The notes under the pieces: generated by a model
Seen by the model: the letters and a program-made list of their open reading frames with translations, nothing else
What the model was told of the DNA's origin: nothing
Databases searched by the model: none
Part shown: piece by piece, positions 1 to 13,431 of the stretch
Numbering within the stretch: the stretch's first letter is position 1
How the letters are laid out: each line of letters opens with the position of its first letter
Translations under genes and position numbers: made by a program
NCBI GenBank assembly: GCA_000002445.1
Contig: CM000207.1
Coordinates: 2,112,001 to 2,176,000, forward strand
Reading direction: 5' to 3'
DNA length: 64,000 nucleotides
Origin: Trypanosoma brucei
Lineage: Eukaryota

Positions 1-448
1 AAAAGTCAAATAAAAAAAACTGAACTGATACGTGAAATGGAAAGAGGGAAGAGGTATAGCATGCCCAAGCACACCTGTAAGGCGTGAGGTAGCAAAGTGC
101 ACTACATTAAGATCACAATAAAGTAGCGGTGTAGTCAGCGAACGCATCAAGGAAAACGCGGCGCGCACAAAAATAGACAACAACAACAACATAGAAGGTA
201 AAAAAGAAAAAAAAGAAAAGCGACATCACAAAGATACATGCACGCACGTACTCACCAACGTGTAGTCACTCGTTGTTAGTCAGTAAAAGCGTAAGTGTAA
301 CACCACCCTCGCTAGCAAATATAGAACAGTGGGAAGTCAACGCAACGTAAACCGAAAATAGAAGAATGAAAACTCAACATTGCCACATGAGCGAGTGGCA
401 ACGCTCCACCAGCAAAATGCAAGCACCTAAGGTACACCAACACATGCC

Positions 449-3400
449 TCATTGCTGCGGATTGGTTTGTTTACCCTTGAAGATCTTGTTCTCTTGTTCG
501 TACATTTCTGGTGCTATGGCATTGCGAGCGCCCCGCAACACTTCGCCGGTTCCCCGTAGCAACCCGTCCAACATGGCAGAGAAAGCGACAGGTAGGCAAA
601 TGCTGTTGCCTTGAGGTCCGAGGCAGTGAAGAGCAATATCATACGCTACGCGAAACCCTCGGGTTACTTCTATTAGTCCATTTTGAACCCCCTGCGTGGC
701 GTTCACCGGTTGCGAACCACGTGCCGCAGGATTCACACCACTAGCCGGCACGAGGTATGAAATGGAGTTACTTGTCACGTGCTGCAGCGAATGCGAGAGA
801 CCCGCAGCGCTATGCAGTGACTCAGTGGTTACCGTCAAAAGGAAGCTACGTAACGCGCAACATACAGCTGCGAAAAAGCGCTTGTTGCGACGGTGCTCGT
901 TTAGCGGGGCGAATAAAACCCCAGTGCTCGCCGAGGCAACGTTTGACGCCAGCTGTAGCGGTTGAACGGCGCAGCAAAGCAGAAAGAAGCCCCAAAACTT
1001 TCCAATTTCCCCACCCAAGCGCTGACAGAATAACCCCCACACTTGTTCAGCGGGGCATGAAGTGATCACCATCCGCGGCAGTTGTACTTGTGCGCGCTCC
1101 AGTGAGGGTAGCAAATAGTTACACAGCTCAAAGACATTTCCATGTAGGGCTTCAAAGGCGCTTCTCCCTTCAAATTGCACATAGAGTGTCATGGTGACAG
1201 GAGATAGTTCAATTTTTCTGAAAAATAGTGAGTCTCTACGTGCCTTCTTCCAAATTATATTCTCCTCGGTGACATTTTCGGGCACCTCAATGAATCTTGG
1301 AAGCAAATTCAGGGCTCGCCTGTGGAGAGCCACGGTAATAGGCTGGAGACGAACGTACAGCTCCTCCTCCGGTTTCCCCTCAATTACCGTTCCCGCATAT
1401 CCTGACAAAGTGGAAGGGAGAATTGTGGTCCATTTCATTGAAAATAAATCGCTATCACAGTCCCGAAGCGACTGAGGTAAGGAAGCCATTAGAAGTGTTT
1501 GCACAGTGCTTCCCTCAATGCGGTCAATGATCTCTCCGTCTTTCACTGTAATATGCAATTGCATGAAGTACGCCTTACCAGGGGCAAAACGATCAAATTG
1601 CGCGCGAATACCCCTCAGGTGAGCAATGACGTGCTCATCCTGTCGACGACCACCACCGAGGACGTCATCGCGGTGTTCATCACACCCAAAGTTGCGGTTC
1701 AGCTCATTGGAAGGCCCACGCTCTTCCGATGCAAGCTGATTAGCACACGACTCCGGAGCAGTATCTTCATCTACAGCAAAGCGTTGGAGGGTACGTAAGT
1801 ATTTGTCTGGAACGTCTGCGCGTATAAAGTCTTCGCCGCCGTAGAGATGCACAACGAGATTACAATCTCGCACAAAAATCTCCATTGACGCGGTGGAGAA
1901 GGGCGGCAACCTCCATGGTGCGTCATTTGGGCAATTCAAAGGGTCCCCAGATGTGGAGCTCCAACAACCGATGGGCAAACATCCTTCATAAGTAGCGTGA
2001 ACAGACAAAAAATTCTGAGACTTGCAGTGACTCGTTAGATCTACAGCTTCATCATTACGGGTATTCCAGACTCCCCACGATGATTTCCCAAAGGTTACGT
2101 CTCCAAGCATATCAAAATCAGAAAAAGACTGTGCGCCCTCGTCAACGCAGGGCGCATCGATCTTCTGGTGAAAAACTTCTGGCACCCCGTGACAAGCTGC
2201 GATGACGGAACTATTTAGCAGATGGCGCAAACGTGCACCATAATCACGTGCCACGACATGCACATCCACCTCAGACATCTCCCTAACCGTTTTCACCTGA
2301 GTAATGTGGGCGAAGTACTCCCCACTGCGCTGCACCAACAAGTACGGTGAAGGGAGAAAATCGACATCCAACCCCGTAAAAAAATTTGTAACAGTGGTTT
2401 GGAAGTGATATAGCGAGTCTTGGGCAAAGAACATGGCAACGTGAAGGTCGTGCACCGTGATAAAGAGTGGTTTCTCTGATGTCGCATTCAAGGAAACTGT
2501 TACTGCCGCTGCGCCTTTCGTTTCTGCGTCACCCCCTTTAGCACAACACTTACTCACGTGATCGGTGGACACATTAGACTGGTAAATGTCCAAAACCCTT
2601 ACAAACCCAAGGTTTGCGAGGTGCGCCCCTGTACCCCTCTTTCTGTCGCCGAAAAGTGAACTGTATCCCGTCTCATGGTCAATGACCAATAAACTCTTTG
2701 GAAAGTTGTCGTGAATAAATAATGATGCCGTGTCTCTACCGAGGTACAATTTTATAACGGTTGTTCCTGTCGGAAGACTTGGCACAATGATATCGATTTT
2801 GATGTGGGGAGAAAGGCCAGCGATCACGGAGTACCTTCCGAAAGGTCGATACTCCACTAGTGTGTCAAAAAAACTTACTCTTACTTTTGCACTTGTTGCC
2901 ATCGAAACACCATCATCGCTCTGTGCATCTATTACATCCGCGGAGCAGTCCTGCACTCCCGACACCTTTTGAGCCACAGCAGAGCTCAGCACCTCAGTGC
3001 TTGGGTCTGACAAATAATTAAAGATGACAAGAAACCAGTTATCCCCCTCCCACGCAGGCTGGTGGCCCATGAAAATGCGGTCCAAAAGCACAACTGCATC
3101 ATACGTTTCAGTGTGATCCTCGAAATTTAAAAACCGGCAAAGTGAAACTCCTCCCGCTCGCCGACCATACAATACTTCCGAGGTTCCATGAGCGTCTGCC
3201 GGAGTTTGGAGGCCGCCCACATCATTGTAATATGTGCCGTAACTTTGGAGAAGCGTCACAGTTCCGCCCCATTCAGGTGAAGAAGCATGCTCAGGAAGCC
3301 ACTGAAAGTCTACGCTGTCAGACCATACATCACACAAATTTTCTTGAAGGCAAAAACACAAAGTCTCGGCGTGAACAGTCACCTTCTTAACATCATCTGA

Positions 3401-6400
3401 CGTCTCGTGAAAGGAAAACACTTCAACGTTTGAAAACCTCAGTTGATACTGATGATACAGTAGTCGAGCATCAGTGACCTTCCGCATTTCGTAAGGTATG
3501 CAGCGCCACAAGGGTTCTCCTATGGCCACGCCTGCAGATGAAAGGCGCGGTGCCCATAACACCGTCGATACCTCGCCCACCAACAACCTGATACTAATGC
3601 TTGTGGCTTCGGAAGCACCGTCCGCGCCCACGCTCCACATGTCATCGCATTGTGAGGATAAATTATCTCTGCACGTATCACCCTTCATCCTTCTCTCCCC
3701 TCGGTGCAATTTTTTAAACATAATGCATAGCTTGTCAACAGTCTCCGCCACCTGGTTAAGGAAGAACGCGATCAGAAGAAACTCACATTTGTGGAGGGTA
3801 CCACTTACGTGATGAACGACTGCCCGAACAGTTATTAAACTTCTTTCTTCAGCTTTGACCTCTTCCTGGTGGTATTCCCTTGTGAAGGGTACATTAGGTG
3901 CGGATGCCGTACCAATATTTTTGTACGACGGGTGGTTCGGGTGACGCTGCACAGTAATGCATGGTTCCCCTTCTTCAGTGTCGAACGAACACTGAATCCC
4001 GCTTCTTTCGTTGTCCTTGTGGTCGTTCAGCGATAGTAGCACCTTGCTGAGTGAAATCTTCATGCCACCAGCGCTGTCCACAGAGAGTTTAACATTCTCC
4101 AGGTAACAACTTAGCGTAACTGGAAGATACGGCCCCTCAACATCGCCGAAACCCGCGCACAAGGCACTGGTGAAGAGATGCATTTCCTCTCCTTCTTCTC
4201 GCAGCCGACCCCACAGGCGACGGGTAAGAGGGCCACAGTAGTCAGGATCTGGTGCCTTTGATGTCATGAACAAAACCTCCACCATTGCGTTCTCTAGCTC
4301 CAACTCAAACGATCGAAGAACCAAATACGGCGCCACCACGCTTTTCTTAGGGATTGCGGAAGATGCTGTCTCAGAGGACGGAAGCGCCGGCGGAAACTCC
4401 ACAAGCGGGTCCTCGCACGCACTGCCTTTCGACCGGTCCACGTTGTCGCCTACATTCTCCTGCGTTGGAACAACCGAGTGGATCGACCCTGAGGAAGGGA
4501 ACACAGACGGTAACGCAGCGTCTTGCGATCTTTGATCCGCCACGGTGCTAGGAGAGGGGCCACTCACTATGCACTGGAGTCTCTTCCAATAACTGCCTAA
4601 CCTCTCTAGAGTATTCAGATTCACATTTACGATCAGATCTATCCCCGACAAAATAATAGCAACGCTCTCAAATACAGTTGCCGCTGCATCAATCCCCTCG
4701 TTAGGAAATTCACCGATATACCGAGTTGCCTCCGCAGGGGTTAGGGGGTGGGTTGTACCGATGATAATCCCCACACTGAACCGCCGCTTTGATTTCGATA
4801 CGGTATTCACTCTCGTGGTAAGCACAACTCGGCCATACTTGGTGTTGCCCACACCGTTCCAATCAGTCAGCTCAGTGCGGGCATCCTCACTGGTATCATC
4901 TTCGCACGGGAGCCGTTCATATGCCTCAATGGCAACTATCCCCACCGAGCAACGGCGAGCAAGGTCACTTCCAAACACACCGTGCAATGCATCCTCTGAA
5001 GAAAGAGAGTTGGTGATCGTCGGATATACCAACAACCTAATACCGCTTACGTACACTTCGTAGAACCCTGTACGGAACAGAAAACGGTGTAAAATGACCC
5101 TGTGTTCCCGGGATAGAAGCAACTCATCAACACTATTATCCTCAAAGTGTTCTACAAGGGCTTTCCATGCGCGCTTGACCCCCTCACGATCTTCGCAACG
5201 TAGAAATGTGGATGAAATGAGTTCACATGTAATCTTCAGCGACGTGGCGGATCGCCGTGTCGCGCAGACATCACCTTTGGCCGCTAAACTTGCTGGCTCT
5301 TCAGAAGGTTTTGGCGCACCCGCAATCGCACGAGCGATGTGAACCAGGTGTCCCAGCTGCGTTGGTGAAAGCACGAAGAGGAATACCTTTGTTGTTATTT
5401 GTGCCCTGCTGAATCCCTTCGGCACTCCAACCGCCATGTCAGCCTCACTGAGGTGGAATTCAACACTGTGTATGAACTCCTTTGGATGCCCGCTGCACAA
5501 AAATATATCGCCCGTATCAACAACTTCACCCCTTTCCACATCGGCATCAACCATCGTTTGGCGCCTACCATACGGATAGACAGCGGCGCGAAGACCAGAA
5601 AATCGAACAATTTTCTTCATTGTGCCTCCATTCGGATCCGAACCCGCGTCGTCAATCTCGAACCCTCCTTCAAATGACACCAGTAACTCTACAGTGCCAT
5701 ATGGAGGCTCTCGCCCGACGACTATTTCCTGTCCGCGAGGTGGTACCCGCAGGATGACACTAACATTGCTCATGCGGCCACTCACACTGTAAGCCAACTT
5801 CTTTATGCTGCATACGAGGGCCCTTACACAGTCGTCAAGCGTGTGTTGTGAGGACAATTGCCCAACAGAATGAGACCCCCACTCCTCCACAACGTAATTG
5901 GGGCCTCTCCCGTCTGCACCCCGCGAGAGAATTCCATCATTGTCAAGGGATGAGTACGCATCCTCCACCGTTTCTCGAGACAGCGGGATTTCCTCCGTCA
6001 CACCCTTGCTGTCGGCGCCCCCCTCACCAAAAGTAGGAGGATGATCACAGTAACGGGAGGACGTAGTGCACTCCATTGCACGAGGATTGACGTCGAAAAC
6101 GAGCTGAACACCGTCCACTTCGAACCGCCGCCTCCCGGTTGTGCCCACACTAAACGTAGCCTCCACAGTGTGCACATGCCCAGACGCTAAGCTCAATAAC
6201 CCACGCCGCGTAGAACCTGGCGCAACGGTATCTCCACCGCATTCTACACCCGCAGTACCTAGAACTGTCTCATTGATGTAAGTTTCGTTGAGCTGCAGGT
6301 TCGAGAGCTTAACAACAACTCCCCAACCACCCATTGTAAGGCCTACGCGTTCCAACTGATCTTCATTAATATCCTTCACGATGTTCTTAAGCGTTTGCTT

Positions 6401-6454
6401 CACAGCAGCCAACAACAACTGATCCTTCAACCACCTGAGCACAAATGGGGACAT
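449..6454 (-). CDS. Very large protein (2001 aa) with a chorein-N-like N-terminus. Putative bridge-like lipid-transfer protein (VPS13/ATG2-like).
   Basis: Uninterrupted 6 kb ORF. The N-terminus MSPFVLRWLKDQLLLAAVKQTLKNIVKDINEDQLERVGLTMGGWGVVVKLSNLQLNETYINE follows the chorein-N pattern (M-x3-hydrophobic ... DQL-x-hydrophobic ... W-G-x-V-x-L-x-NL-x-L). The rest of the protein is long and beta-rich. Product assignment is from pattern memory, not alignment. Confidence 0.55.
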   Translation of the reverse strand: MSPFVLRWLKDQLLLAAVKQTLKNIVKDINEDQLERVGLTMGGWGVVVKLSNLQLNETYINETVLGTAGVECGGDTVAPGSTRRGLLSLASGHVHTVEATFSVGTTGRRRFEVDGVQLVFDVNPRAMECTTSSRYCDHPPTFGEGGADSKGVTEEIPLSRETVEDAYSSLDNDGILSRGADGRGPNYVVEEWGSHSVGQLSSQHTLDDCVRALVCSIKKLAYSVSGRMSNVSVILRVPPRGQEIVVGREPPYGTVELLVSFEGGFEIDDAGSDPNGGTMKKIVRFSGLRAAVYPYGRRQTMVDADVERGEVVDTGDIFLCSGHPKEFIHSVEFHLSEADMAVGVPKGFSRAQITTKVFLFVLSPTQLGHLVHIARAIAGAPKPSEEPASLAAKGDVCATRRSATSLKITCELISSTFLRCEDREGVKRAWKALVEHFEDNSVDELLLSREHRVILHRFLFRTGFYEVYVSGIRLLVYPTITNSLSSEDALHGVFGSDLARRCSVGIVAIEAYERLPCEDDTSEDARTELTDWNGVGNTKYGRVVLTTRVNTVSKSKRRFSVGIIIGTTHPLTPAEATRYIGEFPNEGIDAAATVFESVAIILSGIDLIVNVNLNTLERLGSYWKRLQCIVSGPSPSTVADQRSQDAALPSVFPSSGSIHSVVPTQENVGDNVDRSKGSACEDPLVEFPPALPSSETASSAIPKKSVVAPYLVLRSFELELENAMVEVLFMTSKAPDPDYCGPLTRRLWGRLREEGEEMHLFTSALCAGFGDVEGPYLPVTLSCYLENVKLSVDSAGGMKISLSKVLLSLNDHKDNERSGIQCSFDTEEGEPCITVQRHPNHPSYKNIGTASAPNVPFTREYHQEEVKAEERSLITVRAVVHHVSGTLHKCEFLLIAFFLNQVAETVDKLCIMFKKLHRGERRMKGDTCRDNLSSQCDDMWSVGADGASEATSISIRLLVGEVSTVLWAPRLSSAGVAIGEPLWRCIPYEMRKVTDARLLYHQYQLRFSNVEVFSFHETSDDVKKVTVHAETLCFCLQENLCDVWSDSVDFQWLPEHASSPEWGGTVTLLQSYGTYYNDVGGLQTPADAHGTSEVLYGRRAGGVSLCRFLNFEDHTETYDAVVLLDRIFMGHQPAWEGDNWFLVIFNYLSDPSTEVLSSAVAQKVSGVQDCSADVIDAQSDDGVSMATSAKVRVSFFDTLVEYRPFGRYSVIAGLSPHIKIDIIVPSLPTGTTVIKLYLGRDTASLFIHDNFPKSLLVIDHETGYSSLFGDRKRGTGAHLANLGFVRVLDIYQSNVSTDHVSKCCAKGGDAETKGAAAVTVSLNATSEKPLFITVHDLHVAMFFAQDSLYHFQTTVTNFFTGLDVDFLPSPYLLVQRSGEYFAHITQVKTVREMSEVDVHVVARDYGARLRHLLNSSVIAACHGVPEVFHQKIDAPCVDEGAQSFSDFDMLGDVTFGKSSWGVWNTRNDEAVDLTSHCKSQNFLSVHATYEGCLPIGCWSSTSGDPLNCPNDAPWRLPPFSTASMEIFVRDCNLVVHLYGGEDFIRADVPDKYLRTLQRFAVDEDTAPESCANQLASEERGPSNELNRNFGCDEHRDDVLGGGRRQDEHVIAHLRGIRAQFDRFAPGKAYFMQLHITVKDGEIIDRIEGSTVQTLLMASLPQSLRDCDSDLFSMKWTTILPSTLSGYAGTVIEGKPEEELYVRLQPITVALHRRALNLLPRFIEVPENVTEENIIWKKARRDSLFFRKIELSPVTMTLYVQFEGRSAFEALHGNVFELCNYLLPSLERAQVQLPRMVITSCPAEQVWGLFCQRLGGEIGKFWGFFLLCCAVQPLQLASNVASASTGVLFAPLNEHRRNKRFFAAVCCALRSFLLTVTTESLHSAAGLSHSLQHVTSNSISYLVPASGVNPAARGSQPVNATQGVQNGLIEVTRGFRVAYDIALHCLGPQGNSICLPVAFSAMLDGLLRGTGEVLRGARNAIAPEMYEQENKIFKGKQTNPQQ

Positions 6455-6985
6455 CAGTGACGCGAAGCAAATGTACAGAACAAAAGGAAAAGAATCGCCT
6501 CGCTTTCCCCAGACCCACAGATGAAAACTTCAACTATACTACCTTTGTTCTTCAGTCGACCCCCCACCCCTGACCTTTCGAAAAGTAAGGAGAGAAAAGA
6601 GTCTATAACAACACACTTTCATTCTCTGCCCCACGAACTTCCTGACCCAACCGAACTACGTCCCACACAACCTTGCGCGCTCACTAAACGAACAACAGGA
6701 AGCGATGTATTACCCTCCAGCAGGGTGTGTGTTAGTCCCCTTCCCACACTAACTGAGGAGGACAAGCTCCGATATCCAAACAAATGAAGACGGATTCTTT
6801 TTTTATAAATAAATTAAAAAACCTCCCGCGCACACACTTCATCTGCAGGGAAGGGGTATTCACAGCCACATCATCGCCCCACGGACATAAACATCGCTGA
6901 GGCGCTGGTATGCACAGGAAAGTGTTCCCGTTTCCATTCAGAGACGTTCGTGGGGAGGACAGTCGGAAACCCAAATGTCCTTTTG

Positions 6986-8107
6986 TTACTTCAGGTGTGG
7001 TAAGCGCTCAACGGCACTGGGATGAGGAGGCAACTGCGATTGCGCATTAATCGAACGGGTGCTGCACGTAACAACAAAGTGACTCACACGGACTCGTAAA
7101 GCCGACTTGCCAGCAGCAGTGTCCCCTCCCGAGATTAAAAGCGCACGCAAACAACCCTCCAATGCTTCGAGTGGATCCACAATGCAACGACGGCGGACGA
7201 CATTTAACGCATCGTCACCACTACCACCCTCGCATATCAGTGTTTCCTCCATGTCACTACATTGAGGAGCCCTTGAGTTTCCCCTAGATCCTGTGGAGAG
7301 TAACTGGTATTCTGGGAGACATCTGTACGCCGCCGCCACCTGAGCGGGTGTTGCACTGTACTCAGAACAAAACCACCGTCTCCGTACGGAGGGGAAGGGA
7401 AAATACATGTCCGCGTGACCAACGTCTAAGCTACTGCTCACATCCATTACCCGTTGCAAAGCCTCCCGCATGTTATCTGCCTCCCCTCGTTCAATTGCGG
7501 CACGCGCAGAGTCCACAAGATCCTTCAGAAAATCGTCAGCATCGTTTCGTGCCGCCTCTGGTGCCACAACTCGGATCACGGGAGAATACCCCATTACGGC
7601 CACTACACCATGTGGTCGGAGGCACCGATGCGCCAGGGACAAATGCCACGGCGCATCGTGAAGCATTTCTTCCCCAAACACATTCCCCGCAAAAATCACT
7701 GCATCAAGAGATGATGGTGCCACAGTCTCTAAAGGGGAAACAAAATGAGGGAGTCGACCGCCTTTGACCTGCAGGGCCTCACCACTACCTTCAGCTCTGC
7801 AGCATGGACTGCTTGTTGCAACGCCAATGCGTCTCCGCAATGCGGCCACACGGCAACCCGGGAAGTGCTCACCTGAACGACGGGTTATTGCCCCAAGCCG
7901 CTCGTCATCCATGAACGAAGGACATATTACCAAAGAATTTCGATAAAAAGGCACCGAGTCCGTCAAGATTGCCAACCAGCATTCAGCAGGTTCAGGGAAA
8001 AAACCCTTGCACCCACGGTGATAACCGTGCAGTGCGGGGCTGAATGCAGACACAAAACCGCGACATAACTCCCCCACTTTGCTCCCGTAAGGTATAGACC
8101 GCATCAC
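6986..8107 (-). CDS. Hypothetical conserved protein (373 aa), possibly with a methyltransferase-like fold.
   Basis: Long minus-strand ORF in the same orientation as its neighbours. The segment LDAVIFAGNVFGEE...WHLSLAHRCLRPHGVVAV resembles post-I/II motifs of class I SAM methyltransferases, but no clear GxGxG motif I was seen. Confidence 0.45.
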   Translation of the reverse strand: MMRSIPYGSKVGELCRGFVSAFSPALHGYHRGCKGFFPEPAECWLAILTDSVPFYRNSLVICPSFMDDERLGAITRRSGEHFPGCRVAALRRRIGVATSSPCCRAEGSGEALQVKGGRLPHFVSPLETVAPSSLDAVIFAGNVFGEEMLHDAPWHLSLAHRCLRPHGVVAVMGYSPVIRVVAPEAARNDADDFLKDLVDSARAAIERGEADNMREALQRVMDVSSSLDVGHADMYFPFPSVRRRWFCSEYSATPAQVAAAYRCLPEYQLLSTGSRGNSRAPQCSDMEETLICEGGSGDDALNVVRRRCIVDPLEALEGCLRALLISGGDTAAGKSALRVRVSHFVVTCSTRSINAQSQLPPHPSAVERLPHLK

Positions 8108-8409
8108 ATTCTTCCCTCTAGTGTAAAAAAATTAAAAAAACAAATCTCACAAAAAAACATCAGAGCAATAAGATTTCCACCAAAATAAATACAAACAACA
8201 TACATCAAGAAAACACCTAAATAAATTAACAACCTAGCAGAACAAAAGAAGCTCCGTATACTCCTCAATAAACGCATTTGTGCCCCGCGATCAGCAACAA
8301 ATGAAATTACGAAAAAGGGAAAAAGAAAGCAAAAAAGATATAAAGGAACCCATAGCAAGAGGTATTAACAATAACCTACTTCAAGAACTAAATCATCTAT
8401 CACACACCG

Positions 8410-8982
<573 letters not shown>

Positions 8983-9184
8983 TTATTTTTTGACTACCGT
9001 TTTGCAGCACATACACAGAATGTTATCCCACAGAAAATTTAAAGGATTGAAACACTTCCTTAGCACAACAATGCACGACAGAACAAGAGCAACAAAACTG
9101 CACCACAATACAATCACAAGCTCACAATTTTCGCTTGTTCATCATATAATGAAACTAAAATATAACATCACAAATCACGCGCCG

Positions 9185-9757
<573 letters not shown>

Positions 9758-9976
9758 TTACTTTTGGTTACGGTCCTTCCACACACACACACACAGTGTT
9801 TGCTGAGGGGTAATAAGAAAAATGGTGAAATGCTAACAGTCACACGACGCTGTACAAAGAGAGCGTTTTTCCTGCAACAGGTGTCCATTAACTTAGCGGC
9901 ATTTACTTCAATTGGAGGGCACATCACCAGAACAATCACAACAAGGAAAACAAAACCTAAGAGTTTCAGCGGAGTA

Positions 9977-10549
<573 letters not shown>

Positions 10550-10770
10550 TTACTTTTGGTTACGGTCCTTCCACACACACACACACACAGTGTTTGCTGA
10601 GGGGTAATAAGAAAAATGGTGAAATGCTAACAGTCACACGACGCTGTACAAAGAGAGCGTTTTTCCTGCAACAGGTGTCCATTAACTTAGCGGCATTTAC
10701 TTCAATTGGAGGGCACATCACCAGAACAATCACAACAAGGAAAACAAAACCTAAGAGTTTCAGCGGAGTA

Positions 10771-11343
<573 letters not shown>

Positions 11344-12265
11344 TTACTTTTGGTTACGGTCCTTCCACACACACACACACAGTGTTTGCTGAGGGGTAAT
11401 AAGAAAAATGGTGAAATGCTAACAGTCACACGATACTGTACAAAGATAGGAATGTAGAAACAGCGTGTTAAGTTGTAACGTAAGTGGACTGCAATTGACA
11501 AACGAAATATAGTTTGTCGGGAGGGCAGCACTGCCTGTTGCTGGCATTTCCGGATACTTCAAGTTAGGTCAGTAATATTCGGCAGAGGGAACTGTACCAG
11601 GTGTATCCTTTTTGTAAGTCTGTTGTTCCTCATATTAATTTTTGGCTATCCCCCTGGTCCTCTCTCTTCGTGCGTGGCACCGACTGTAAGTACGATCTTA
11701 GTCTGGAGGAAAAGAACGAAACGTGGACTCCTCTCTGACTATATCTCATTTTTAAACTGGTGAGCTATCCCTTAGCTGAAGGGTCAGGGCAGGTCAGCGC
11801 AGAGTTTCTAAACCGAATTCCTGACTGCATTGCGTCTGCTTAATGTGTCAGCGTCATTATCTGTTCTCTTTACGGGGGGGTGGGGGGTCAACGACGTGGA
11901 ATGATGAGGAATATTTATTAGGAGAAAATAATTATTTTAATATAGGGATGCAAGATAAATGTAAAGTTCGATCCAAAAAAAAACACCAAGACGCTGCCTA
12001 AAAGCACTGCGGAAACGGTTCGCCGAACCAGGCATATTCTACGCAAACAAGAGAGGGGAAACACAAAGGAGGGAAGGAAAAGTGATCAACGAGGAATGAT
12101 GAATAGTGCACCAATGAGCTAACAAATGGTGTTATGTGTACTACCCTGCCGTTTATTCGGTGCTAAATGAAGTGTAACATGAGGCCACGTCATCACGGAG
12201 ACTGAAGGCTAACAGCACTGCCACTGCCATGCGCACATGTGCGCTGAATCAGGAAAACGCCGGAG

Positions 12266-13105
12266 TCAGTTGTCACTCTCTCCCATTTGCTGCTGCTCGT
12301 TTTGCGGGAGAAATATGTTGATGATACTCACAATAAATGACGTCACATTTGCACCCCACAACATGGTACCGTTCAAAAATGAAGCAGAGAGTTGAGAGTA
12401 CGTTGTTTCATGTCGGAGGAGGGTTCCTAAAATCTCGGCCGTCCATTGCACCTGGCGGTCATTCATGAGCTTCTTAAGGTCCAACGGCACCCCGCTGTCA
12501 AGTTCCCCAAGCGGGAGGTAATCTTTGAGCCTCAAGGTGTAAAAACCCGGATCCTCCTGCAGAGCCTTAAGCAATTTTTCTGATCCAAGTATATCCACAA
12601 GGTTCACATCATGTGCTAAGGCTTCTGACCATAAGTCGCTCAGTATATTTTGCAATGTGCCCATTTTTATCTCCCTCCTACCATGTTGTGCTACGGCTTG
12701 CTGTCGGTTGCGTTCAATCGCGTGTTGTATCCTATGCATAACCGGCTCGTCAAGCTCATCAGAACGTGACTGCATCCAGAAGAACAAGGGCTGCTTGCCG
12801 TTATCTATATCAAAGAGCAAAACCCTTGACGGTCTGCATTTTTCTACCCAACTAACCTTGACCCTACCGGGAGGTAGTGTAACGCGGCATTGTTCCTCAC
12901 CATCAGAAGAAACCCACGTCAACACAGTGTCCTGTAGCAGTCCTTCGCGTAAGAGGAATAAAAATCCACTCCCCAGTAACGGCCGCACAATTCCATCTTG
13001 TAAGATCATTCTGCCTGCCTGGACCTTTACAACCACCGTACTGCTGTAGGCAGTTGCGCCTGGTTGAGAAGATAACAAGACTGCTTTGGAGTCTGCAGAA
13101 GCCAT
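12266..13105 (-). CDS. RPN13: Proteasome regulatory subunit Rpn13/ADRM1-like (Pru domain protein).
   Basis: The N-terminal region VVVKVQAGRMILQDGIVRPLLGSGFLFLLREGLL...VSWVEKCRPSRVLLFDIDNGKQPLFFWMQ matches the Rpn13 Pru ubiquitin-receptor domain (AGKM..., RxYVLKF..., LFFWMQ signature). A C-terminal helical DEUBAD-like region follows. Confidence 0.7.
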   Translation of the reverse strand: MASADSKAVLLSSQPGATAYSSTVVVKVQAGRMILQDGIVRPLLGSGFLFLLREGLLQDTVLTWVSSDGEEQCRVTLPPGRVKVSWVEKCRPSRVLLFDIDNGKQPLFFWMQSRSDELDEPVMHRIQHAIERNRQQAVAQHGRREIKMGTLQNILSDLWSEALAHDVNLVDILGSEKLLKALQEDPGFYTLRLKDYLPLGELDSGVPLDLKKLMNDRQVQWTAEILGTLLRHETTYSQLSASFLNGTMLWGANVTSFIVSIINIFLPQNEQQQMGESDN

Positions 13106-13431
13106 GAGATATTACGTATTTAAGCCCGCTAGATACCTTCGTTACTACGTGCTTTTCTCTGTGCGTTCCCGCCCTTGCGCACCTCCCCACAGTAACCAGT
13201 GCCCTTAATCAGGAAACAATAAAAAGAATTTAGAAAAACAACTGAACGGAAGAGCCAACAGAGAAACGCCTCGCGACGCAAGACCTCATACTCTCTCATC
13301 ACGTACCTTCCAGAGAGTTCCATACAGTCGTGGGGGCCAGAGAAAAGGAGAATGGGAAACAACAAGTCACAAGCAAAAGAAATCGCTGGAGGTTAGAATA
13401 TGTGAATGTTTGGCCATTCCACTCACCACTC

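Noticed and set aside
366-1065. Overlapping small plus-strand ORFs at the left edge.
   Set aside because: They lie inside or antisense to the 3' end of the large minus-strand CDS and show no motifs.
6454-6454. Whether the 2001-aa ORF continues upstream of the annotated Met.
   Set aside because: The chorein-N-like motif must be at the extreme N-terminus, and it starts exactly at this Met. Upstream is low-complexity spacer.
11950-11975. GTTCGATCC, a tRNA T-loop-like motif.
   Set aside because: The upstream 70 nt are AT-rich, with no D-loop, anticodon-stem or acceptor-stem complementarity. It is an isolated motif match only.
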